Shown here in pieces: positions 1-10,840 of a stretch of DNA of 64,000 nucleotides; within the stretch, counting starts at the first letter, position 1, and each line of letters opens with the position of its first letter. This DNA is from Lutibacter sp. (GTDB lineage: Bacteria > Bacteroidota > Bacteroidia > Flavobacteriales > Flavobacteriaceae), in assembly GCF_016342705.1 (NCBI RefSeq), contig NZ_JAEINV010000006.1, forward strand, positions 103,344 through 167,343, given 5' to 3'. Under the pieces are notes generated by a model. It was given only the letters and a program-made list of their open reading frames with translations, was not told where the DNA came from and searched no databases. Position numbers and translations under genes: made by a program.

Positions 1-105
1 GAAAATTCGTTGTTTGTGGCGTATAATTAAAATCTCTAAAGATTTTTCATTGCCGTTAATATAATCGCATACTAAAACGCTATCACTTATAAGAGTACTT
101 TCCAT
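1..105 (-). CDS. ECF-type RNA polymerase sigma factor, 5' part only (runs off window start)
   Basis: Manual translation MESTLISDSVLVCDYINGNEKSLEILIIRHKQRIF resembles the N-terminus of Bacteroidota ECF sigma-70 factors; not in ORF track because truncated. Confidence 0.7.
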   Translation of the reverse strand, partial: MESTLISDSVLVCDYINGNEKSLEILIIRHKQRIF

Positions 106-374
106 AGTTTAAATACATTTATGGGGTTAATATTATTGTATTTATATAAATTTATAAAAAGTAAAAGTGTTGTATAGGCGTTGTATATTTTTAATTACGT
201 TGTAAATATGGCTTTTATTTTTATAAATAACAAATTATATGGCTAACTTTTTAAATTTTAACGTCATAAATTATTATTTAACTTTTTTATGGGCTACCTA
301 CTTAAAATAGTAGATACTGTAATTAATTCTATAAATTTGTACCTATTTTAGCAACGTTTACTTATTAAGAAAAA

Positions 375-3164
375 ATGACTCAAAATATCTCTGAACTTAA
401 TCCTAAAGAAAATATACTTATAAAAGGTGCAAGTCTTCATAATTTAAAAAATATTGATGTTGCAATACCAAGAAATAAGCTAGTTGTAATTACTGGACTT
501 TCTGGTTCTGGAAAATCTACTTTAGCTTTTGATACGCTTTTTGCTGAAGGGCAAAGAAGATATGTTGAAAGTTTATCGTCCTATGCGCGTCAGTTTTTAG
601 GAAGGCTAAATAAACCAAAAGTAGATTATATTAAAGGAATTGCGCCAGCAATAGCCATTGAACAAAAAGTAAATTCAACAAATCCACGTTCAACAGTAGG
701 CACTTCAACAGAAATTTATGATTATTTAAAACTATTATTCGCCAGAATTGGTAGTACCTACTCTCCTATTTCTAATACAGAAGTAAAAAAACATACGGTA
801 ACAGATGTTATTAATTTTCTAAAAAGTATTGCTTTAGACACTAAATTACTGTTATTAGCTCCGGTTCATATTCCTGAAGACAGAAATGTACTGCAAACCT
901 TAAAAATATTAGCACAGCAAGGGTATTCCAGAATAAAATATAAAAATGATATTGTTAGAATTGAAGATATTACGGAAGAAATTGAACACAATTTTTTATT
1001 AGTAATTGATAGAATTATTGTAAAAAATGATGAAGATTTTTACAATCGTTTAGCCGATGCTGTTCAAACTGCTTTTTTTGAAGGAAAAGGCGAATGTATT
1101 ATTGAAAATATTAAAACATCCGAACAAACACTTTTTAATAATAAATTTGAATTAGATGGTATTCAATTTTTAGAACCAAACACCCATTTATTTAGTTTTA
1201 ATAATCCGTATGGTGCTTGCCCAAGTTGTGAAGGTTATGGCAATGTAATTGGTGTAGATGAAGATTTGGTTATTCCAAACACCTCTCTTTCAATTTTTGA
1301 AGATGCCATTTTACCTTGGAAATCTGATTCTTTTTCAGAATATAAAACCAATTTAATAAACAACGCCTATAAATTTAATATTCCCATTCATAAACCTTGG
1401 TTTGAATTATCCGATGAACAAAAACAATTAATTTGGAACGGAAATTCAGCTTTTAGTGGCTTGCAAAGTTTTTTTAAATTTTTAGAAGAGAACAGTTATA
1501 AAATTCAATACAGAGTGATGCTTTCTCGTTATAGAGGAAAAACAAAGTGTACAGAATGCAACGGAAAAAGGCTCCGAAAAGAAGCGAATAATGTGAAAAT
1601 TAATAACAAAAATATTAGCGATTTAGTTGATTTACCAATTAATGAACTGATTGAATTCTTTAAAAACATACAGTTAAAAGAGTTTGAGCAAAAAATTGCG
1701 AAACGTTTGTTGCTAGAAATCAATAACCGATTACAATTTTTACACAACGTAGGCTTAAGCTATTTAACGTTAAACAGAACTTCTAATAGCTTATCTGGTG
1801 GTGAAAGTCAGCGTATTAACTTAGCCACTTCATTGGGTAGCAGTTTGGTGGGTTCAATGTATATTTTAGATGAACCAAGCATAGGCTTGCATCCAAAAGA
1901 TACGGAACGATTGATTGAGGTGTTAAAAAATTTACGAGATTTAGGAAATACCGTAATTGTTGTTGAACACGATGAGGATATTATGAAAGCTGCCGATATG
2001 ATTATTGATATTGGTCCTGAAGCTGGTACTTTTGGAGGCGAAATTGTTGCTGAAGGCACGTATGAAGAAATCTTAACATCCAATTCATTAACGGCTCAAT
2101 ATTTAAATAATACCCAACAAATTGAAGTTCCTGCAAGTCGCAGACCTATAAAATACTCCGTTGAAGTTATTGGAGCGCGTGAAAATAACTTAAAAAACAT
2201 TAATGTAACCTTTCCTTTAAATAGCTTAACAGTAGTTACTGGAGTTTCTGGAAGCGGAAAAAGTACATTGGTAAGTAAAATATTATACCCTGCCATTCAA
2301 AAGAAAATTGGTGGCTATGGCGAAAAAGTTGGTCAGTTTAGTGAGCTTAAAGGCGCTATCAATACTATTGAACATATAGAGTTTATCAACCAAAATCCAA
2401 TTGGTAGATCCAGTAGGTCAAACCCAGTTACGTATATAAAAGCGTATGATGATATTAGAACGTTATTTGCTTCAGAAAAACTTTCTAAAATTAGAAATTA
2501 CCAACCAAAACATTTCTCTTTTAATGTGGAAGGCGGACGTTGTGAGGTTTGCAAAGGAGAAGGTGAAGTAACCATAGAAATGCAATTTATGGCCGATGTT
2601 CATTTAGAATGTGAAGCTTGCAAAGGAGAACGTTTTAAAAAGGAAATATTAGCTGTTAAATTTCAAGGAAAATCTATTAACGACATTTTAAATAGCACCA
2701 TTGATGATGCTATTTCATTTTTTGCAATGCACAAAGAAACTAAAATTGTAAAAAAATTAAAACCATTACAAGATGTTGGTTTGGGATATGTTACGTTAGG
2801 ACAATCTTCTTCTACACTTTCCGGTGGTGAAGCACAGCGTATTAAATTGGCTTCATTTTTAGTAAAAGGAAGTAGACAAAGTAAATCCCTTTTTATTTTT
2901 GATGAACCAACAACCGGACTTCATTTTCATGACATAAAAAAATTACTGAAATCTTTTAATGCTTTAATTAATAATGGACATTCAATAATTGTAATTGAAC
3001 ATAATATTGATTTAATAAAATGTGCAGATTATATTATTGATTTAGGTAAAGAAGGCGGTAAAAATGGTGGGCATTTACTATTTCAAGGAACTCCAGAAGA
3101 ATTAGTGAAATGTAAAGATTCCTATACTGCGCCCTTTTTAGCTGAAAAATTAACCAATATTTAA
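375..3164 (+). CDS. uvrA: Excinuclease ABC subunit A (UvrA family)
   Basis: Two ABC ATPase modules ([16 protein letters not shown], two LSGGE signatures) with CxxC zinc fingers. Confidence 0.95.
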   Translation: MTQNISELNPKENILIKGASLHNLKNIDVAIPRNKLVVITGLSGSGKSTLAFDTLFAEGQRRYVESLSSYARQFLGRLNKPKVDYIKGIAPAIAIEQKVNSTNPRSTVGTSTEIYDYLKLLFARIGSTYSPISNTEVKKHTVTDVINFLKSIALDTKLLLLAPVHIPEDRNVLQTLKILAQQGYSRIKYKNDIVRIEDITEEIEHNFLLVIDRIIVKNDEDFYNRLADAVQTAFFEGKGECIIENIKTSEQTLFNNKFELDGIQFLEPNTHLFSFNNPYGACPSCEGYGNVIGVDEDLVIPNTSLSIFEDAILPWKSDSFSEYKTNLINNAYKFNIPIHKPWFELSDEQKQLIWNGNSAFSGLQSFFKFLEENSYKIQYRVMLSRYRGKTKCTECNGKRLRKEANNVKINNKNISDLVDLPINELIEFFKNIQLKEFEQKIAKRLLLEINNRLQFLHNVGLSYLTLNRTSNSLSGGESQRINLATSLGSSLVGSMYILDEPSIGLHPKDTERLIEVLKNLRDLGNTVIVVEHDEDIMKAADMIIDIGPEAGTFGGEIVAEGTYEEILTSNSLTAQYLNNTQQIEVPASRRPIKYSVEVIGARENNLKNINVTFPLNSLTVVTGVSGSGKSTLVSKILYPAIQKKIGGYGEKVGQFSELKGAINTIEHIEFINQNPIGRSSRSNPVTYIKAYDDIRTLFASEKLSKIRNYQPKHFSFNVEGGRCEVCKGEGEVTIEMQFMADVHLECEACKGERFKKEILAVKFQGKSINDILNSTIDDAISFFAMHKETKIVKKLKPLQDVGLGYVTLGQSSSTLSGGEAQRIKLASFLVKGSRQSKSLFIFDEPTTGLHFHDIKKLLKSFNALINNGHSIIVIEHNIDLIKCADYIIDLGKEGGKNGGHLLFQGTPEELVKCKDSYTAPFLAEKLTNI

Positions 3165-3187
3165 AATAAAATTGAAAGAAATTAAAG

Positions 3188-3195
3188 TAAGTTTG
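3188..3195 (+). promoter_or_regulatory. Bacteroidota -7 promoter box
   Basis: TAAGTTTG matches TAnnTTTG just before the GTG start at 3201. Confidence 0.55.
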
Positions 3196-3200
3196 CACCT

Positions 3201-4208
3201 GTGAAAATAGCCATTGTAATTCTTAACTGGAACGGTAAAACTTTGTTGGAAAAATTCCTGCCAAGTATTGTAAATTATAGCAGTCAAAAAAATGTTGAGA
3301 TTTATGTTGCTGACAATGCTTCTACAGATGCTTCTGTACATTTTATAAAAGAACATTTTCCAACGGTTAAAATTGTCCAAAATGCTACTAATGGAGGTTT
3401 TGCAAAAGGTTATAATGAAGCGTTAACACATATTAATGCAGATATTTATGGACTTGTAAATTCTGATATTGAAGTAACTGAAAATTGGTTACAACCAATT
3501 ATGGCAACCTTTGAAAACCAACCAAATACTGCTATTATTCAGCCAAAAATATTAGACTATAAAAACAAAACTTCTTTTGAATATGCTGGAGCAGCTGGTG
3601 GATTTATTGATAAATTTGGATATCCTTTTTGCAGAGGACGCATTTTTGGGGAATTAGAGAAAGATAACGCACAATTTAACGATGAAGTTGACATATTTTG
3701 GGCGTCAGGTGCTTGCTTTTTTATTAAATCGGAAGTATTTAATACGTTACATGGTTTTGATGAAGATTACTTTGCGCACCAAGAAGAAATTGATTTATGT
3801 TGGCGAGCTCAAAATTTAGGAAAAACTATAAAATATGTTGGCGCATCAACAGTATATCACGTAGGTGGTGCAACTTTAAAAGAAGAAAGTCCGAGAAAAT
3901 CTTTTTTAAACTTTAGAAACAGCTTATTTTCATTGGTTAAAAACTTACCTAAACGTAAATTATTACCCATACTATTTGTTAGAATGGTATTAGATGGTGT
4001 TGCTGGAATTAAATTTTTGATGGAACTTCGCCCAGTGCATACCTTAGCTATTTTAAGAGCGCACATAAGTTTTTATTATTACTTCCCTAAAATGTTTAAG
4101 AAGCGTAAATTAAGTATACAAAATAACACCTATTTTTTAGTAGACAGTATTGTTTGGCAACACTTTATAAAAAAAGTAAGCACTTTTAAAGCGCTAAAAA
4201 ATTATTAA
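3201..4208 (+). CDS. GT2 family glycosyltransferase
   Basis: IVILNWNG, ADNASTD, NGGFAKGYN, LVNSD, EEIDLCWR motifs. Confidence 0.9.
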   Translation: MKIAIVILNWNGKTLLEKFLPSIVNYSSQKNVEIYVADNASTDASVHFIKEHFPTVKIVQNATNGGFAKGYNEALTHINADIYGLVNSDIEVTENWLQPIMATFENQPNTAIIQPKILDYKNKTSFEYAGAAGGFIDKFGYPFCRGRIFGELEKDNAQFNDEVDIFWASGACFFIKSEVFNTLHGFDEDYFAHQEEIDLCWRAQNLGKTIKYVGASTVYHVGGATLKEESPRKSFLNFRNSLFSLVKNLPKRKLLPILFVRMVLDGVAGIKFLMELRPVHTLAILRAHISFYYYFPKMFKKRKLSIQNNTYFLVDSIVWQHFIKKVSTFKALKNY

Positions 4209-4825
4209 AAATCTTCAGTACTTCCTTTCCCTTCGCGTAAAATTGTAATTTCTCCGTCAGATAAATCTACAACCGTAGATGGTATATTACCTCCATAACC
4301 ACCATCAATTACAATATCTACTAAATTGCCCCATTTCTCATAAATTAACTCAGGATCTGTTGTATATTCAATTAAATCATCTTCATCATAAATAGATGTT
4401 GAAACAATTGGGTTTCCAAGTTTTTTAACAATATCTCTTACAATATTGTTATTGGGTATTCTTATACCAACGGTATTTTTGTTTTTAAAAGTCTTTGGTA
4501 AGTTTGTATTCCCTGGTAAAACAAATGTGTAAGGACCCGGTAAATATCGTTTTAATATTTTATAGGTGGGCGTATCAATTTGTTTTACATAGTCAGATAG
4601 GTTACTTAAATCATAACAAATAAATGAAAAGTTTGCTTTATTTAGCTTTACGCCCTTAATTTGAGCTACTCTTTCCATGGCTTTATTATTGGTAATATCA
4701 CAACCAATTCCATATACGGTATCTGTAGGATAAATAATTAAACCACCTTGTCTTAGTACTTTAACTACTTTATCAACTTCCTTTTCATTCGGGTTTTCTT
4801 CAAATATTTTTATAAACTGAGCCAT
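4205..4825 (-). CDS. Sua5/YrdC/YwlC family threonylcarbamoyl-AMP synthase
   Basis: YPTDTVYGIGC, PGPYT, GIRIP, IVSTS motifs. Confidence 0.9.
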   Translation of the reverse strand: MAQFIKIFEENPNEKEVDKVVKVLRQGGLIIYPTDTVYGIGCDITNNKAMERVAQIKGVKLNKANFSFICYDLSNLSDYVKQIDTPTYKILKRYLPGPYTFVLPGNTNLPKTFKNKNTVGIRIPNNNIVRDIVKKLGNPIVSTSIYDEDDLIEYTTDPELIYEKWGNLVDIVIDGGYGGNIPSTVVDLSDGEITILREGKGSTEDF

Positions 4826-4866
4826 CGTAAATTATTATGAATAACAAATGTAGTTTATTTTATAAC

Positions 4867-4892
4867 AAAAAAAAACCTGCAATAAGCAGGTT
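4867..4892 (-). terminator. Intrinsic terminator after response regulator
   Basis: A9-CCTGC/GCAGGTT hairpin. Confidence 0.65.
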
Positions 4893-4899
4893 CATTTTG

Positions 4900-5595
4900 T
4901 TATTTTTCTAAAAGTCTAAATCCTTCTCCGTGGATATTTAAAATCTCAACATTTTCATCGGCTTTTAAATATTTTCTAAGTTTGGCAATGTATACATCCA
5001 TACTTCTAGAGGTAAAATAATTATCATCTCTCCAAATTTTTGTAAGCGCTAATTCTCTCGGCATTAAATCGTTTTTATGTGTCGCTAACATTTTTAACAA
5101 CTTACTTTCTTTTGGTGATAGTTTTTGATTTTCACCACCATCATATGATAAGTGACGTAATTTTGAATTAAACTCAAATTTACCAATTTTAAATTCAAAA
5201 GATTCATCTTCCACACTTTGTTCTGTTTCTTTACGTTGTAAAATTGCTTTAATTTTATACAACAATACTTCAGAATCAAAAGGTTTATTTAAATAATCAT
5301 CTGCTCCAACTTGGTATCCTTTCAACACATCTTCTTTCATTGTTTTTGCAGTTAAAAAGATAATTGGAATTTCAGAATTTGTAGCTCTTACATCTTTTGC
5401 TAATGAAAAACCATCTTTTCTCGGCATCATTACATCAAAAATACATAAGTCAAAATCGTCATTTTTAAACATAATTAACCCTTCTAAACCATCTTTAGCT
5501 AAGGTTACATTATAATCATTTAATGATAAATAATCTTTTAAGACTGTTCCAAAGTTTGGATCGTCTTCTACCAACAAAATTCTATTGTTTTCCAT
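4900..5595 (-). CDS. rprY: OmpR-family response regulator (RprY-like)
   Basis: Receiver (LLVEDD, DVMMP, KPF) plus winged helix (RSMDVYIAKLRK). Confidence 0.85.
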   Translation of the reverse strand: MENNRILLVEDDPNFGTVLKDYLSLNDYNVTLAKDGLEGLIMFKNDDFDLCIFDVMMPRKDGFSLAKDVRATNSEIPIIFLTAKTMKEDVLKGYQVGADDYLNKPFDSEVLLYKIKAILQRKETEQSVEDESFEFKIGKFEFNSKLRHLSYDGGENQKLSPKESKLLKMLATHKNDLMPRELALTKIWRDDNYFTSRSMDVYIAKLRKYLKADENVEILNIHGEGFRLLEK

Positions 5596-5607
5596 AATTA
5601 CTATTTT

Positions 5608-7179
5608 TTAAATTAAAGGTAATTTTATGGTAAAAGTGCTTCCTTCGCCTTTTTCACTTTCAACATAAACGTCTCCTTGATGAATTTCTATTATTTTTTT
5701 AACGTATGCAAGTCCCAATCCGTGACCTTTTACGTTATGAATATTTCCTCTTTCTTCTCTATAAAACTTTTTAAAGATATTTTTTTGTACACTTTTGGTC
5801 ATTCCAATTCCGTGGTCAGACACTTTAATAATAATGTTTTTTGATGTATTATCTGTAGATAATTCAACTTTTGGAGCTCCTTCAGAATATTTTATAGCAT
5901 TGTCTAAAACATTTACAAACACATTAGTTAAATGAAAATGATTTCCTAATATCTCATTTCTTTTAGCGTTAAAATTTGTTCTAATATATCCTCCTTTATC
6001 ATTTATAATTAAATCTACGTGTGTTATTGCTTCCTCAATTATTTCTTTTAAATCAATTTTTTCTTTAGGAACATCTAACTGATTTTTTTCTAATTTAGAA
6101 ATTCGTAATACATTTTCTACTTGCCCGTGCATTCTTTTATTTTCATCACGGATCATTTGAACATAACGCAACACTTTTTCTTTATCATCAATAATTTTAG
6201 GGTTCTTTATGGCATCTAATGCTAAATTTATGGTTGCAATAGGTGTTTTAAACTCATGCGTCATATTATTAATGAAATCTGTTTTAATTTCAGAAATTTG
6301 TTTTTGCTTTATTAATTGGTACAAGGCTGTTACAAACGCCAAAATTATTATAAATATAAAGAAAACTGAGAGAACTAGTATTTTTGAAATAGAAGAAAGT
6401 ATAAAATTCTTTTTTTCAGGGAAGGTTACAAATAATTGAAAATTACTGTTTCCTTCTGAATCTGTAAACATAGGAACCATATAACTCTTACCTGTTTCTT
6501 TTCTAAAATAGCCAGATTTAACTTGTGTTGCCAAGCCATTACTATAAATTCCATACTTAAAATTTGTAGTAATTCCTTTGCTTTGTAATTCTCTATCTAA
6601 CCGTATTGAAAGCTCTTTATTACTAATTCTTTTATGAATAGGTAATTTTGTTCTTGAAATATCAAAAACACGTTCAAGTTGCGATTTTTCAGCGCCTTCA
6701 AACCTTCCAATTTTAACGTAACGTTCTTCGGGTGGATTAATATCACTTCCTTTATTATCTAAAGATTGATCTTTTACAATTACAATTTCTTCTTTTCTAA
6801 AAATTTCTTTAAAATCTATAGAATCATTTTCAAAGAACTCAGTTGGTACTTTATAATTTTCTTCAATTATACTTTGAGAATAGGTATAACGTTCATTGTT
6901 AGTAGTATCAATTTTTTCATAAATGTATTTGCGTACATCCGAATATTTTAATTTACTACCTTCATCTCTAAATCGTTCTACAATATCTAGATAAAAATCA
7001 TTAAATTCCTTTTCTTTTATATCTTCAGATACTTTTGCCAATGCAAATCGCACATTGGAAGTAAATTGTTCTTCTGTAATTTGAATGGTATTTTTAATCC
7101 AAAAAACTTGAACTGATATAATACCTATTAATGCAACACTCATTAATACAATAATAAGTACAAAAATTCTCTTCCCCAT
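5608..7179 (-). CDS. rprX: Sensor histidine kinase (RprX-like)
   Basis: Two TM segments, H-box NMTHEFKTP, N-box NVLDNAIKY, DHGIG, GHGLGLAY. Confidence 0.85.
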   Translation of the reverse strand: MGKRIFVLIIVLMSVALIGIISVQVFWIKNTIQITEEQFTSNVRFALAKVSEDIKEKEFNDFYLDIVERFRDEGSKLKYSDVRKYIYEKIDTTNNERYTYSQSIIEENYKVPTEFFENDSIDFKEIFRKEEIVIVKDQSLDNKGSDINPPEERYVKIGRFEGAEKSQLERVFDISRTKLPIHKRISNKELSIRLDRELQSKGITTNFKYGIYSNGLATQVKSGYFRKETGKSYMVPMFTDSEGNSNFQLFVTFPEKKNFILSSISKILVLSVFFIFIIILAFVTALYQLIKQKQISEIKTDFINNMTHEFKTPIATINLALDAIKNPKIIDDKEKVLRYVQMIRDENKRMHGQVENVLRISKLEKNQLDVPKEKIDLKEIIEEAITHVDLIINDKGGYIRTNFNAKRNEILGNHFHLTNVFVNVLDNAIKYSEGAPKVELSTDNTSKNIIIKVSDHGIGMTKSVQKNIFKKFYREERGNIHNVKGHGLGLAYVKKIIEIHQGDVYVESEKGEGSTFTIKLPLI

Positions 7180-7274
7180 TCTACAAAATTAAACTTTTAT
7201 CAGCAAATCTATGTTTTATTAACTTTCGTTAACTAAATATATAATTTTTTAACAAATTCTTATGACATTTGATA

Positions 7275-7859
7275 TTATTTTTTCAACTCCTGTAACAAAC
7301 TAAAAATAGTTTTTACTTGTGCTTTTGTACTATTTAAATTATTGTTATCAATTACAAAATTGGCTTTCAATACTTTATAATCATCATTTAATTGATGTTG
7401 CATTCTATTTAAAATATCTTGCTTTGTAACTCCATCTCTTTTTATAACACGCTTAATACGTTCATTAACCTCAGCCGTAACAGTAATTATATAATCGCAT
7501 AATTTATCGCTACCGCTTTCAAATAAAATGGCCGCTTCATAAATTATAAGATCTAAATTATGTATTTCCTTAAATTTCAAAAAATGATGACGAACCATAG
7601 GATGTACCAAAGCATTTAATTCGGCAAGTTTTTCCGCATTATTAAACACTTTTGAAGCTATGTATTTTTTATTTAATTGCTGATTGACGTAAGCTTCTTT
7701 ACCAAATAAGTTAGTGATTTCAATAATTAACTCTGGGCTATTGTTCATGAGTTTTTTAGCTTCTAAATCGGCTATAAATACTTTTGCTCCTAATTTTTCA
7801 AACAACTGTAAAACTGTTGTTTTTCCGCTGCCTATTCCTCCTGTTAAACCAACTATCAT
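7275..7859 (-). CDS. coaE: Dephospho-CoA kinase
   Basis: GLTGGIGSGKT P-loop, LNALVHP, YEAAILFE. Confidence 0.95.
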   Translation of the reverse strand: MIVGLTGGIGSGKTTVLQLFEKLGAKVFIADLEAKKLMNNSPELIIEITNLFGKEAYVNQQLNKKYIASKVFNNAEKLAELNALVHPMVRHHFLKFKEIHNLDLIIYEAAILFESGSDKLCDYIITVTAEVNERIKRVIKRDGVTKQDILNRMQHQLNDDYKVLKANFVIDNNNLNSTKAQVKTIFSLLQELKK

Positions 7860-8824
7860 TATTTTTGAATTAAAAATTCTATTTGACTTGGATTGATTTT
7901 TAATGTAGAAATCAAATCGCTTTTTTGCTCAATTACTGGAGACAGATATTGCACTAAAGTATCATTTTTATATTGCATATAATCAAACACTACAGAAAAA
8001 CTACTTTTACTAATTTTATTAAAGTTAGACAATCCTGCTTGGAAAACAACTTCAATTTCTTTTGGAAAAGGTGTTATTTTTATGTCTTTTGGAATATTAA
8101 TAACATTTACCGGTACTAAAAATCTTCCCTCGGTAAATTTATCAACTTCGCCTGTTATTGTAACTGTATTTATTGGCACGGTCACGTTTTTCCATTTTGG
8201 TGCCTTTAATTGCAACTGAACATCTATATTTTCATATATTTCATTTAATACTAAGCTATTTGTAATAATTTCAGAAATGCTATCTAAACTTCTTTTAGAA
8301 CCTGAAATAATTATGGAGTCTGGCTTAATTTTTAGTGCTTCAATAAAATTATATCCTAATTTAAAATTGACTTTTAACTTTGGGCTTATAGGAACTTTTT
8401 TAGAAATATTAGTGCCAAGATTTACAAAAATTGTATCGTTTAAGAAATGAATAATTTTTGAACTCTTTTCTAGCTTTTGTTTTAATTGCGTTATTTGATT
8501 GTTTGGTAGTAAATAATACTTTGATCCTTTATGTTTACTTTCAATTAAACTTAAGGTTATTTTTGGTTGCTTAATTTTATATTTTATTAAGTTAAATCCT
8601 GTGGCTTGCACCAAAACCTCCATTTCATTTAAAGGTTTATTTAACAATAACTTATTTGGAGGTAAATTTATATAAGCAATTTTTATTTTTGTAGTTGCCG
8701 TATATGATTTTGACAAGGCTACTATAAACCAAATTACGGCTGTTAAAAATAGGAAAAACAGAAATATTCTAATTTTTCTATTATATTTTAACGAAATTCC
8801 TGAAGCTTTGGTACGTGAATTCAT
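7859..8824 (-). CDS. YbbR-like domain membrane protein
   Basis: N-terminal TM helix then beta-rich repeats; usual position between yajC and coaE. Confidence 0.7.
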   Translation of the reverse strand: MNSRTKASGISLKYNRKIRIFLFFLFLTAVIWFIVALSKSYTATTKIKIAYINLPPNKLLLNKPLNEMEVLVQATGFNLIKYKIKQPKITLSLIESKHKGSKYYLLPNNQITQLKQKLEKSSKIIHFLNDTIFVNLGTNISKKVPISPKLKVNFKLGYNFIEALKIKPDSIIISGSKRSLDSISEIITNSLVLNEIYENIDVQLQLKAPKWKNVTVPINTVTITGEVDKFTEGRFLVPVNVINIPKDIKITPFPKEIEVVFQAGLSNFNKISKSSFSVVFDYMQYKNDTLVQYLSPVIEQKSDLISTLKINPSQIEFLIQK

Positions 8825-8847
8825 TTTATTTTAAATACTAAATATAC

Positions 8848-8879
8848 AAAAAAAGTGAGCTGTTGAGCTCACTTTTTTT
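8848..8879. terminator. Intrinsic terminator after yajC
   Basis: A7-GTGAGCT/AGCTCAC-T7 hairpin. Confidence 0.7.
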
Positions 8880-8895
8880 GATGTTTATTTCAATA

Positions 8896-9216
8896 CTATT
8901 TACTTTCAATAGAAGTTTCGTATTTTTTACTTAACTCCATGGATATTGCTGAACGTTCAAATTTAATTTTTCCTGCGCTTGTTTCTACAATTACAGTATT
9001 ATCACTATCAATAATATCAACAATTTTACCGTGAATACCACTTGATGTTACTATTTTATTTCCTTTTGCTATAGAGCTTTGAAATTTCTTTTCGTTTTTT
9101 GCACGTTTCATTTGTGGTCTAATCATAAAAAAGTAGATAACCACAAACATTAATAAGAATGGTAACATACTAGCTAAAGATCCACCACTTGTTTGTAAAA
9201 AAATTGTTGTATACAT
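8896..9216 (-). CDS. yajC: Preprotein translocase subunit YajC
   Basis: YFFMIRPQ, VTSSGIHGKI, KFERSAI. Confidence 0.95.
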   Translation of the reverse strand: MYTTIFLQTSGGSLASMLPFLLMFVVIYFFMIRPQMKRAKNEKKFQSSIAKGNKIVTSSGIHGKIVDIIDSDNTVIVETSAGKIKFERSAISMELSKKYETSIESK

Positions 9217-9243
9217 TGTTTATTTATTTTTATTCTGTTTTTA

Positions 9244-9696
9244 TTAACTTTTTGCTGTTACTGTTCCTGTTAAACGGATAGTTTCTTTTACTTTTTCAGC
9301 ATTCGATGTAATTGTAATTGATTTGTGTTGTTTACCTACACGACCATTAGAGTTAAATGAGAATTTTATTTCACCTTTTTCTCCTGGTTTAATAGGATCT
9401 TTTGTCCAATCTGGTGTAGTACAACCACAAGAAGGCTGAACGGCAGTTATTACCAAATCAACTTTTCCTTTATTGGTTACATTAAAAACACCATCCACTA
9501 TTTCACCTTCTACTATGGTTCCAAAATCATATTCCATGGTATCAAATTCCATAATAGGCGAACCTAAACTAATAATTTCATCTCTTTCTTTAGCAGATTC
9601 CAAATTAGCCGCATCTATTTTAGCAGTAGCGCTATCTTTACATGAAAGTAATGTTAAACAAATAATTACTGCACTTAAAATTGTTATTTTTTTCAT
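9244..9696 (-). CDS. DUF1573 domain lipoprotein
   Basis: Lipobox LLSC; PSCGCTTP and PIKPGE motifs. Confidence 0.85.
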   Translation of the reverse strand: MKKITILSAVIICLTLLSCKDSATAKIDAANLESAKERDEIISLGSPIMEFDTMEYDFGTIVEGEIVDGVFNVTNKGKVDLVITAVQPSCGCTTPDWTKDPIKPGEKGEIKFSFNSNGRVGKQHKSITITSNAEKVKETIRLTGTVTAKS

Positions 9697-9725
9697 ACTA
9701 TTAATGTTTTTGTAAATTTAAAAAA

Positions 9726-10664
9726 TTATAATAATCCTCTACCTATTTTATTTAATCTTTTTGTGGTTGTAAAATCCTTTAATATTTTATCTAAAACTCC
9801 ATTTATAAAAAAACTACTTTTATTCGTAGAGTAATCTTTAGATATTTCAATATATTCATTTATTGTTACTCTTGTTGGAATTGAAGGGAATTTTAAAAAT
9901 TCGCAAATAGCCATTTTAATTAAAATCATATCAATTTCTGCAATTCTCTCGGCATCCCAATTCGGTGTTTTGTCAATGACATCTTTTTCTAATTCTGTAT
10001 GATTTAAAACTACTTTTCTAAATAAATCTAACACAAATTGCTTGTCTTCCTCATCTTTATACAACTTACCTAATTTAAATACCCCATTTGGCTTTATCTG
10101 ACTTAAAGATTTTACAATCCAAGTATTTACAAAAGGTATATCATCTACCCAACTTATATTTTTATCTTCAAAATACTCCGCTAACTTTTCATTAGGCGCA
10201 ATAATTTCTTTAAAAATAGCATCAATAAAAATTAAATCTTCTTTAAAACTAGAACCTTCAGTTTTCATATAGGAAGCATAAATAGCGCTTTCTTTAATCA
10301 ACTTCAAAATTTCATGAATATATTCAGAATCTAGTTTCCAATAATTTAAATTATGATCTACTAAATACTCATTTAATGAAACACTCTCATCTAAAAGCTT
10401 AAATACCTGATTGTCAATAAATTTTGTGTTTGGTTTTAATTCTTGCGGAGTTGCTAAAAACTTCTTTTTAGATATTTGCATATGGTTGCGTTCCATATCT
10501 TTAACTTCAACAAGTAAACATAAAATTAAAACGTATAAATCATACATTTTATCAATACTTGCATACAAAAATTTCTCTTCTTTGTTTAAGTTATCACTTT
10601 TAGATTGCAGCAACGCATAAACCGATTGCATTACTTTTACCCTAATATGTCTTCTGTTTATCAT
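9726..10664 (-). CDS. nusB: Transcription antitermination factor NusB (long Bacteroidota form)
   Basis: RRHIRVKVMQ; C-terminal WDAERIA..D..INEYIEISK..S..FINGVLD. Confidence 0.92.
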   Translation of the reverse strand: MINRRHIRVKVMQSVYALLQSKSDNLNKEEKFLYASIDKMYDLYVLILCLLVEVKDMERNHMQISKKKFLATPQELKPNTKFIDNQVFKLLDESVSLNEYLVDHNLNYWKLDSEYIHEILKLIKESAIYASYMKTEGSSFKEDLIFIDAIFKEIIAPNEKLAEYFEDKNISWVDDIPFVNTWIVKSLSQIKPNGVFKLGKLYKDEEDKQFVLDLFRKVVLNHTELEKDVIDKTPNWDAERIAEIDMILIKMAICEFLKFPSIPTRVTINEYIEISKDYSTNKSSFFINGVLDKILKDFTTTKRLNKIGRGLL

Positions 10665-10840
10665 GTTAAAGAACTTTGACTATTTGTTTTTAGATGCGCA
10701 AAAATACTATATTTTTTTTGAAATGAAATTTTGAAACCGCTTTTTTATTGAAAGTTAAATCTATCTTAATTATTGTAGCAGTAAAATATTATTGCTGTAT
10801 ATTCGTGTTTTGAAAATTTTGATGTTTGGCAGCTACTTTT